Origin: an uncultured virus (IMG/VR IMGVR_UViG_3300027816_000062)
Lineage: Duplodnaviria > Heunggongvirae > Uroviricota > Caudoviricetes
Virus record (IMG/VR): IMGVR_UViG_3300027816_000062
Direction: 5' to 3' (one strand)
DNA: 64,000 bases
Shown here: positions 1 to 6,133 of the stretch, piece by piece
Position numbering within the stretch: the first letter of the stretch is position 1
Layout of the letters: each line of letters starts with the position of its first letter
The notes under the pieces: model-generated
Databases searched by the model: none
Told to the model about the DNA's origin: nothing
The model's input: the letters and a program-made list of their open reading frames with translations, nothing else
Program-made: the position numbers and the translations under genes

Positions 1-28
1 GAAATACAAAAGAAAAGGGATTTTTTAT

Positions 29-62
29 AATGATCGTGGCGCATAATCTCAGAAAGTTATAA
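29..62 (+). repeat. Dyad repeat A copy 1
   Basis: AATGATCGTGGCGCATAATCTCAGAAAGTTATAA; further copies at 621, 1416, 2418, 2783, 3548, 4083, 4686. Confidence 0.85.
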
Positions 63-67
63 AGAAA

Positions 68-84
68 GCCCCGTTTTCAGGGGC
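68..84 (-). terminator. Intrinsic terminator downstream of 104..565
   Basis: GCCCC-gttttca-GGGGC hairpin flanked by A/T runs. Confidence 0.65.
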
Positions 85-103
85 ATTTCTTTGAAGTCAG
101 TTA

Positions 104-565
104 TTAGAACCCAAAAGACGGGGTTTTCAGCAAGGTGGGCAGTTCTTGAATCGGCACCAACTTCACCTTCCCGTTGGTCTTTTGGTGGACCAAATCCGCC
201 CACTTTTCATCCAAGTGCGTGTTAGCGTTGTAAACGATGAGCCCGCCGTCGTAATTCCCGATAATGCTCATCAATCGGGCCACATTGTTCTTCACCATAG
301 ACCCGATGTAAAGTTGCTGGGTGGCGAAGATTTCAACGGCAATTTTCTTGCCGTTAGTCACCACTTCAAGGTCAATGGTGTGTTCAAATCCAGGCCGCTC
401 AACGACCGCTTGCGGAACAACCATACCCTTTCCAACGACGGCCTCGAAGGCCTGTTGGACAACAAGTTCGAGCTGAGAGTGCTCGTTGCTGGTGGAGCGG
501 AAAAGCTTTAGGGGCCAATTGTCGGGGATTTGAAGAAGGGCGACGATGGTTGCAATCTCAGTCAT
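104..565 (-). CDS. Hypothetical protein, PD-(D/E)XK/Mrr-like fold possible
   Basis: Own promoter (582-592) and GGAGAGG RBS; IDLEV...KIAVEIF and GGLIVY resemble a restriction-endonuclease-like core, with the catalytic Lys absent. Confidence 0.6.
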   Translation of the reverse strand: MTEIATIVALLQIPDNWPLKLFRSTSNEHSQLELVVQQAFEAVVGKGMVVPQAVVERPGFEHTIDLEVVTNGKKIAVEIFATQQLYIGSMVKNNVARLMSIIGNYDGGLIVYNANTHLDEKWADLVHQKTNGKVKLVPIQELPTLLKTPSFGF

Positions 566-620
566 GATTGTTTTCCTCTCCTTATATATCAGATTGGGCT
601 ACGAAAGAAAGAGGATTTTT

Positions 621-650
621 TATGACTTTCTGCGATTGTGTGACACAATT
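621..650 (-). repeat. Dyad repeat A copy 2 (inverted)
   Basis: Reverse complement AATTGTGTCACACAATCGCAGAAAGTCATA. Confidence 0.75.
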
Positions 651-667
651 CAATGCAAGCCAAATAT

Positions 668-882
668 AAACAAAATCCCTGGCCACGGAGCCTCATGCTC
701 ATGCGCGACCAGGGTGCCGTCAGTTTTTGGATAATCTCTATACTGTTTGCAACCAATATAGAACCACGTAATCGCGTCCTGAGACTGACCGTTGCATTTT
801 CACGCTCTGCAACTAGAGGGGAAGCGGATACTCTTTGGTGTGCAGTCCACTTCTCAGCACTAGCGAGGTTGAGGCCTCGTTC
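668..882 (-). ncRNA. Putative structured ncRNA 1 (~215 nt)
   Basis: Promoter 886-896 with no credible ORF; stems CGAGG/CCUCG, GAAGUGGA/UCCGCUUC, GUUGCA/UGCAAC, GUCAGU/ACUGAC, UCUAUAUUG/CAGUAUAGA; terminal CCCUGGUCGCG/CGUGGCCAGGG hairpin followed by a U-rich tail. Confidence 0.65.
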
Positions 883-970
883 TTCTTATATATCCGATTA
901 GGCCAATGTAAAAAGGGGATTGTTTATAAAAAAACCCCCGCATTTTCAAACACAATCGGATATATAAAAT

Positions 971-1369
971 ATGACCGAAGTCTTTGGACAGACCACAGTC
1001 GCCGAGGCACTGCACTCGTCAGTTCACGAAGTCGCAAATCTCATTCTTGACAAAGGTTACCAAATCTTTACAGCTGACTGCCGCCCCGACATTCACTTCG
1101 CATGGCCCAATCGTGACTTTTACTTCACTGACGGGAAGCGCGTTGGATATTGCCAGTATGACAATCTCAATGGACTTGTATTTTGTCAAGTGTTGAAGGG
1201 TCATGGGTTTGGGAATGTCTACGATTATAAAAGCCCCCTGAGCGATTTAGTAGAAAAGACCCTAAACGAAATGCATGAACGACAATATCAAGACTTTGCA
1301 GAGTTTTTGGAATACAGAAAGCAAATTGGTGTACTGTATGAAGTGAAGTCTTTTGAAGTGAAGTTGTAA
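971..1369 (+). CDS. Hypothetical protein (leaderless)
   Basis: ATG 3 nt after CGGATATATAA; terminator hairpin 1373-1395. Confidence 0.8.
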   Translation: MTEVFGQTTVAEALHSSVHEVANLILDKGYQIFTADCRPDIHFAWPNRDFYFTDGKRVGYCQYDNLNGLVFCQVLKGHGFGNVYDYKSPLSDLVEKTLNEMHERQYQDFAEFLEYRKQIGVLYEVKSFEVKL

Positions 1370-1372
1370 ATC

Positions 1373-1395
1373 TCAGGGGCAAAATAAGCCCTTGA
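1373..1395 (+). terminator. Terminator hairpin
   Basis: TCAGGGGC-aaaataa-GCCCTTGA followed by T-rich sequence. Confidence 0.6.
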
Positions 1396-1415
1396 TATTT
1401 ACTTTTATAACCAAA

Positions 1416-1452
1416 ATGATCGTGCCACACAATCGTAGAAAGTTATAAAAAA
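1416..1452 (+). repeat. Dyad repeat A copy 3 (between two convergent terminators)
   Basis: AATGATCGTGCCACACAATCGTAGAAAGTTATAAAAA; no adjacent promoter. Confidence 0.85.
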
Positions 1453-1472
1453 GACTAGGGCAAGCCCTAGTC
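1453..1472 (-). terminator. Terminator hairpin
   Basis: GACTAGGG-caag-CCCTAGTC preceded by an A-run (U-tract on the minus strand). Confidence 0.7.
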
Positions 1473-1655
1473 CAAATCCTCAAGAAGTTCAGCGTCGCCT
1501 TCATCCATCTCGTTGTCAGAATACCATCGAGAAAATGGGATACTGGCTTTGAAATCTTCCCATGCTTGCCCCAATTCATCTGCTGAATTTACAGAGAATG
1601 ATGCCGTATAAGCGGCACTACTGTCTTTATCACAAGCCCGAAAGATTCCAGTCAT
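1467..1655 (-). CDS. Small acidic hypothetical protein (leaderless)
   Basis: ATG 3 nt after promoter core 1659-1669; C-terminus DNEMDEGDAELLEDLD. Confidence 0.75.
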   Translation of the reverse strand: MTGIFRACDKDSSAAYTASFSVNSADELGQAWEDFKASIPFSRWYSDNEMDEGDAELLEDLD

Positions 1656-1695
1656 GCCTTATATATCCGATTGGGACAAAACAAACGGGGGATTT

Positions 1696-2091
1696 TTAGA
1701 TTTGACTCTCTCGAACAGGAATCCAGTTCTTTTGACGTTCAACTCTTTGGCCAAACTTACCAACCGTGGAAATCAACTCACGAAGTGAAGCGTATCCCTT
1801 CTCTCGCTCATTGCCCTCGACAATCCCGTAAAACAGGAAGTCATGAGCCTCGGACTGGCGGGCAGTCGAATCTTCGGGGTGAATCATCACACCATTTTCG
1901 TCCACGGGGCTGCCCTCGATTATAAACCATCGCCAAGTAGGAGCAACAAAGAACAGTTTCAAAACCACCATCGGATTCGGATTCGAGTCTTGAGAGTAGA
2001 GCGGAGGAAGAATGTCCAAAATCTCATCGGGGAGCAAGTGAGAAGCCTGCTTCATGAGTTCAGAGTAGGAAAGTTCAGCGGTGGTGGACAT
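1696..2091 (-). CDS. DUF2958-like protein
   Basis: LPPLYSQD...VVLKLF...WRWFIIEG...LFYGIVEG..EKGYASLREL pattern; own promoter and GAGG RBS. Confidence 0.75.
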   Translation of the reverse strand: MSTTAELSYSELMKQASHLLPDEILDILPPLYSQDSNPNPMVVLKLFFVAPTWRWFIIEGSPVDENGVMIHPEDSTARQSEAHDFLFYGIVEGNEREKGYASLRELISTVGKFGQRVERQKNWIPVRESQI

Positions 2092-2146
2092 TTTCTGTTA
2101 ACCTCTGTCTTATATATCCGATTAGAATACGAAAGAAAGGGGTTTT

Positions 2147-2371
2147 TTATAATGAGCTTGGCCTATACTCACGGACCACAGGTGCATCATAGACATCGTT
2201 GGAAATGTCACTCTGAAGGTCACCACAATCCATTATTTTGCTGCACTTATCAAAAAAAGATTTATCAATGCTTTCACCAAGAAGTTCAGCACACAAAGCC
2301 GCGACCTGAAAGTTGTATTCGCTCGGAACACCAGATTCAGCCATGAGCTTTAGGTTTCGCATTTTATCCAT
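2147..2371 (-). CDS. Hypothetical protein (leaderless)
   Basis: ATG 4 nt after variant promoter core 2376-2386. Confidence 0.7.
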   Translation of the reverse strand: MDKMRNLKLMAESGVPSEYNFQVAALCAELLGESIDKSFFDKCSKIMDCGDLQSDISNDVYDAPVVREYRPSSL

Positions 2372-2417
2372 ATTTTCATATATCCGATTAGAACACGAAA
2401 AACAAGGGTTTTTTTAT

Positions 2418-2453
2418 AATGATCGTGTCACACAATCGTAGAAAGCCATAAAG
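2418..2453 (+). repeat. Dyad repeat A copy 4
   Basis: AATGATCGTGTCACACAATCGTAGAAAGCCATAAAG. Confidence 0.85.
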
Positions 2454-2739
2454 AAAAAGACCCGTCCATCCATGACGGGCCTTTCTTCCTCTTCTTTTTG
2501 TACTTGTATTTTTTTATTCTGGATTTTTGATAGAGTGTGACTTGGGAAACCCAAACAAGATACAAATGAAAATGGTTAATTACTCCATCCTCATAATCTC
2601 TTGCATCTGATATACGCCCATCGTATACTTCGACACCGCTAAGTTTCAAGACAACGCGCCCGCCTTGCAAGGGACTCGAACCCAAGCTTCGATGTTAAAC
2701 GTTTCTCAGATTGTGAAACTTAATTCACTATCACACTCT
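2452..2739 (-). ncRNA. Putative structured ncRNA 2 (~210-nt folded core, A-rich tail and terminator) with T-loop motif
   Basis: Predicted 5' end (2739) coincides with a 9-bp closing helix (2731-2739 pairs with 2532-2540); 9-bp helix 2714-2722/2640-2648; GGGUUCGAGUCCC T-arm at 2671-2683; further hairpins; terminator 2459-2481. Confidence 0.75.
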
Positions 2740-2782
2740 TCTTTATATATCCGATTAGAGCCATGCAAAAAGGGGATTTTTT

Positions 2783-2820
2783 AATGATCGTGGCGCACAA
2801 TCGTAGAAAGTCATAAAAAA
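2783..2820 (+). repeat. Dyad repeat A copy 5
   Basis: AATGATCGTGGCGCACAATCGTAGAAAGTCATAAAAAA. Confidence 0.85.
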
Positions 2821-2847
2821 GACGGATGCTCATATTGAGCATCCAAT

Positions 2848-3048
2848 TTAGAGTCTGCGGTATACCGTTACCCCATTGCGATTATGAGACTTCATATAGC
2901 CTAGATTTTCCAGTTTTTCAAGTCTCTCAGCCAAAATCACATCATCAAAAGACACTTTAAGGGACAATTGATAGAGCGTTTTTCGCTCGTTGGTGCCACC
3001 GAATTGTCTCAGAATGGCATGGTCGTATGCGGTCAGATTCTTATCCAT
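2848..3048 (-). CDS. Small winged-helix-like DNA-binding protein
   Basis: LT..D..IL...TLYQLS...LAERLEKLENLGYM...VYRR is typical of wHTH; translationally coupled to the upstream gene (TAATG). Confidence 0.65.
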   Translation of the reverse strand: MDKNLTAYDHAILRQFGGTNERKTLYQLSLKVSFDDVILAERLEKLENLGYMKSHNRNGVTVYRRL

Positions 3049-3266
3049 TAGGACACTCGCTCAAGCCGAATCACACCCGCATCATCGAGTTGCATAAGTG
3101 CTGGGCAAACGACGTAAGACCTATTGCAGTAATAGCCGTCAGCAGGAAATGCAACACAATCCCCATGAACATCATGGTTTTGTTCGCGCCAAGGCATCAT
3201 ATCCATGCCTTTCAGAAGTTCCTTGATGGCTTGCTTGAGAATGTCATTTTCTTCTTGAACCGTCAT
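3048..3266 (-). CDS. Hypothetical protein (leaderless)
   Basis: ATG 3 nt after promoter core 3270-3280. Confidence 0.75.
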   Translation of the reverse strand: MTVQEENDILKQAIKELLKGMDMMPWREQNHDVHGDCVAFPADGYYCNRSYVVCPALMQLDDAGVIRLERVS

Positions 3267-3324
3267 ATCTTATATATCCGATTAGACCACGAAAGAAAGG
3301 GGATTTTTAATCAACGGCGTAAAC

Positions 3325-3504
3325 AGAAAAGTTTAGCCCCAACAAATAATTGTTGGGGCTAACGACATGCCTATCTTGTCTTGGTTTTTGAGTTTTCAGT
3401 TACACTTTCTTTCTCATGCTGGTAAGGTTCGTCCAGCTACTATAAGGGCTACAGGGCCTGGTCATCGAGCACAATCTGAGTCTCGCGCTTTCCTCAGTCT
3501 TGTT
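3325..3504 (-). ncRNA. Putative ncRNA 3 (~180 nt)
   Basis: Promoter 3508-3518 (its region is identical over ~50 bp to that of ncRNA 2); only a 21-codon ORF without RBS; hairpins AGCGCGA/UUGUGCU and GCUGG/CCAGC; A-rich tail; strong terminator 3333-3362. Confidence 0.55.
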
Positions 3505-3547
3505 ACTTTATATATCCGATTAGAGCCATGCAAAAAGGGGATTTTTT

Positions 3548-3583
3548 AATGATCGTGCCACATGATCACGGAAAGTCATAAAG
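3548..3583 (+). repeat. Dyad repeat A copy 6
   Basis: AATGATCGTGCCACATGATCACGGAAAGTCATAAAG. Confidence 0.75.
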
Positions 3584-3618
3584 AAAGACAGATAACTTGT
3601 ATCTGCCTTTCCAAGTTT

Positions 3619-4023
3619 TCAATCCCCGATGGAGTAGTATTGTTTGAACACCACTACTTGAATGTTCGCCATTATGCAGTGAACAGAAATGTCCCCGCCC
3701 TGCCATGCATTGCCAATGTCATAAAGAACATTTGCAAGTTCGGAGTTTTCAAGCCCAGCCGTGGTGAAGAGATTGTATCTGACCGCACTGTAAGACGCAT
3801 TGCCCCAGGCCTCTTCAACATTTTGGATTCGATTGAACGCATTGTCGCTTGAAATGTCAATCCAAAGCCGCTCTCCATTTGACAAATCGGCGATATAGTA
3901 TTCTCCCCGATTGGTTACAACCTTGCGAATGGCATGATTCAGAAAGTGTTCGCCCGACCGCGTGGGAAGGATTTTTTCAGGCTGAGTAGGATACTCGGCT
4001 GTGATTGTGGGGACTTTGATCAT
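3619..4023 (-). CDS. Hypothetical protein
   Basis: Own promoter 4042-4052 and AGGTGG RBS; hairpin at ~3586-3608 downstream. Confidence 0.75.
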   Translation of the reverse strand: MIKVPTITAEYPTQPEKILPTRSGEHFLNHAIRKVVTNRGEYYIADLSNGERLWIDISSDNAFNRIQNVEEAWGNASYSAVRYNLFTTAGLENSELANVLYDIGNAWQGGDISVHCIMANIQVVVFKQYYSIGD

Positions 4024-4082
4024 CTTGACTTTCCACCTAGTTTATATATCCGATTAGAATACAAAAGACAAGGGATTTTTTT

Positions 4083-4118
4083 AATGATCGTGCCACATAA
4101 AAACAGAAAGCCATAAAA
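4083..4118 (+). repeat. Dyad repeat A copy 7 (between divergent promoters)
   Basis: AATGATCGTGCCACATAAAAACAGAAAGCCATAAAA. Confidence 0.7.
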
Positions 4119-4165
4119 AATCCCCTTTCTGCATGGCTCCAATCGAATATATAAAGAGAGGAACA

Positions 4166-4648
4166 ATGACTACTGAACAAGTCGCCGCCGCCCTCGCCAC
4201 CAAGCGCAAGGGAACAATATTCACCCTTCGCGTTGCACGTCCCGCCAAACTTCGCGCTGGTTCGCGAGATATGGATATTGTCAAGGCTTCCGTTATGCAA
4301 GGCATGGCGAACACTGACTATGCCAGCCGTGGCCCCGTTCGCGAAGCCGTGGCCCTGGGAGAACGTGATGCCCCTGCCCTGCCCAAGCATATTGAAAAGA
4401 CATTCACGGAAAACGACGTGAAGTTTTGGAAAGGCCACAATGGCGAAATCTACTTGCCCGTTTGCCTTACGGGGAATCATGCCGAAGTCACCTGGCTTCA
4501 GGATGGCGAGGAAGTCAGCCTGGACGAAATCAAGGACCATCTGCTTGCTTCCGAATATGCAAGCCGCACCGATAAGGATGACCTTGCAGAACGCGGCCAA
4601 GTGCCCTTTATCGGCGTAAATGTCAAGCACATCGAATCGGTAAACTAA
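4166..4648 (+). CDS. Hypothetical protein
   Basis: Promoter 4144-4154, GAGG RBS, ATG at 4166; terminator AGGGG-cgcaag-CCCCT plus T-run at ~4666-4688. Confidence 0.8.
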   Translation: MTTEQVAAALATKRKGTIFTLRVARPAKLRAGSRDMDIVKASVMQGMANTDYASRGPVREAVALGERDAPALPKHIEKTFTENDVKFWKGHNGEIYLPVCLTGNHAEVTWLQDGEEVSLDEIKDHLLASEYASRTDKDDLAERGQVPFIGVNVKHIESVN

Positions 4649-4685
4649 GCCAGACCATAAAGACTAGGGGCGCAAGCCCCTTTCT

Positions 4686-4719
4686 TTATAACTTTCTATG
4701 ATTGTGTGCCACGATCATT
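4686..4719 (-). repeat. Dyad repeat A copy 8 (inverted)
   Basis: Reverse complement AATGATCGTGGCACACAATCATAGAAAGTTATAA. Confidence 0.85.
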
Positions 4720-4763
4720 ATAAAAATCCCCTTTCTTTTGTGTTCTAATCGGATATATAAAAC

Positions 4764-4871
4764 ATGAACAAAGGATTTACGCTCCCAGAACTTGTTTTCC
4801 TCATGCTTGGAGTTATTATCTTTGTCATCTTGACCCTTGCTGCTATTTACATCGGGATGCGAGTCTTTTGA
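4764..4871 (+). CDS. 35-aa prepilin-type (class III signal) mini-protein, not in ORF track
   Basis: MNKGFTLPELVFLMLGVIIFVILTLAAIYIGMRVF*; G|FTLxE motif plus hydrophobic helix; ATG 3 nt after promoter core; TGATG coupling to the next gene. Confidence 0.75.
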   Translation: MNKGFTLPELVFLMLGVIIFVILTLAAIYIGMRVF

Positions 4872-5197
4872 TGCCAGAAGTTATCAATGCAGAAAAATGG
4901 CTAAAGGCACCCAATAGACAGGGTAAATGGCTTTGCCTGACCGTGGGCTTCCAAAATTACGACCCACAAACAATCCGAGATTACGATGTCAATAATGAAC
5001 GTGATGGCGCAAGGGTGGTCAAAGCCGATTTCATCTACGTCCATTGGGCATATGACCAAAAGACCAAATCAAAGATTTTGCTCCAGGTGTATGCACCGTT
5101 CACTTCCCGATGCCCGTCTATGCCACTGCCCGAAGATACCGATGCGGTAAAGTATTTCTATATCGGGCCTTTTGAACTTCCTTTTGACCAGCGATAA
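4871..5197 (+). CDS. Hypothetical protein
   Basis: ATG overlaps the stop codon of the mini-pilin. Confidence 0.7.
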   Translation: MPEVINAEKWLKAPNRQGKWLCLTVGFQNYDPQTIRDYDVNNERDGARVVKADFIYVHWAYDQKTKSKILLQVYAPFTSRCPSMPLPEDTDAVKYFYIGPFELPFDQR

Positions 5198-5237
5198 AAA
5201 TCCCCTGTATTTTCAAACACAATCGGATATATAAGAT

Positions 5238-5408
5238 ATGCAGAACGTAGAAGGAACAAACACCTGGGTGGGCGAGACTGTGCCAATGCAGTTCGGACGC
5301 ATGGCTGATGAATGTGGCGAACCGATTGACCATACCGCTGTCACTATCGTTGTCCCCGATTGCCTTGAACACAAAAATGTTCGCATCACCATTGAAGTCA
5401 TTGAATGA
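5238..5408 (+). CDS. 56-aa hypothetical protein (leaderless), not in ORF track
   Basis: MQNVEGTNTWVGETVPMQFGRMADECGEPIDHTAVTIVVPDCLEHKNVRITIEVIE*; ATG 3 nt after promoter core 5224-5234. Confidence 0.7.
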   Translation: MQNVEGTNTWVGETVPMQFGRMADECGEPIDHTAVTIVVPDCLEHKNVRITIEVIE

Positions 5409-5519
5409 TGGGCAGGCAGTGACCACAATAAAAATCCCCCGTTTCTTATAAGGCAAAACCATATATAAGAGGAGGGGGCAAAAACCCCTACCCACATCCG
5501 ACCACCAAGACCCTGTACC

Positions 5520-5965
5520 ACGATCAACAACGATGATGATTATGATCGGGCACCCATGTGTCATGATCGCTGCTATAGTAGAGGGGGGGGTACTAAAACT
5601 TTTAGGTACCATAAGGAAGCGGTACGCCACCCCGTCATTTTTTCGATCATGCCAAAAAAATGGCCCCGATAGTTTCCCCGATCATAACTAATATTGTAGT
5701 TTACCCGATAGTTTTCTCGATCATAACCGATCAGAATCCACCCCGATAGTTTTCCCGATCATCTCGCCAGAGTAAGAAAAATAATTTGCGCTTACTTTGC
5801 CCCCTATGATTATTTTTGTGATAGCAGGGGGGGTGGTAAAATTTTCGAGTAAGGTATCCCCCACCATTTCGGGAATCTTTCTATATATGTATATAATTCT
5901 TTTCCCCGATCATAATTCTGATAGTGTATGGGGGGTATTGAAATTTTTCTTAAGGTATCCCTGGT
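5520..5965. repeat. Non-coding iterated-repeat block (origin/terminus/injection-signal candidate)
   Basis: 3x CCCGATAGTTTYYYCGATCAT (5664, 5704, 5741) plus a partial copy at ~5900; 3x G6-8-run...AAA-TTTT...AGGTA(T)CC (5583, 5827, 5930); 9 GATC between 5522 and 5911. Confidence 0.75.
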
Positions 5966-6133
5966 GGGGCCTTGAGTATACGTGAGGAGATTAGAGTGTT
6001 TATTCTCCTCATTTTTTGATGCGAATAACTACGCTATTCGCATCAAGATATTTTGGGCTTTTAAAATGGCTTGTCCATTTTAAAATTTGTTTGCGATAAA
6101 AATGGTTTTCTTTTCGTAGTATTGTTTGTAGTT

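Larger units (their letters stand above)
1..5470. repeat. Array of repeated promoter/terminator cassettes (putative early/host-takeover region)
   Basis: Core CGGATATATAA (or close variant) at 582-592(-), 886-896(-), 957-967(+), 1659-1669(-), 2110-2120(-), 2376-2386(-), 2743-2753(-), 3270-3280(-), 3508-3518(-), 4042-4052(-), 4144-4154(+), 4750-4760(+), 5224-5234(+), degenerate 5459-5468(+), partial at 1-25(-). Each has an AAAWCCCC-like box about 17-18 nt upstream and points into a gene or structured segment. Confidence 0.9.

Noticed and set aside
2428..2685. 85-aa ORF on the minus strand
   Set aside because: TTG start without RBS, runs through the terminator into repeat A, and overlaps extensive base pairing
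2640..2720. tRNA gene
   Set aside because: T-arm present but no acceptor stem, D-arm/anticodon cloverleaf or CCA; treated as part of a larger ncRNA
3419..3430. GAACCUUACCAG similarity to 16S rRNA
   Set aside because: Only 12 nt; compatible with chance
3460..3500. Hammerhead ribozyme (CUGAGGA) or TPP riboswitch (CUGAGA in RNAs 1 and 2)
   Set aside because: No GAAA core after stem II; no ACCUGAU/P4-P5 TPP elements and no downstream regulated gene
4037..4630. 197-aa minus-strand ORF and similar antisense ORFs (146..511, 1843..2346, 9003..9593, 55296..55775)
   Set aside because: Shadows of better-supported genes with promoters, RBS or family motifs on the other strand
29..4719. Integron attC cassette array
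   Set aside because: No RYYYAAC/GTTRRRY boxes, cassettes carry their own promoters, and there is no integrase in the window
1..4760. CRISPR array
   Set aside because: Repeats are degenerate, in both orientations and 300-900 bp apart with genes between them; no cas genes
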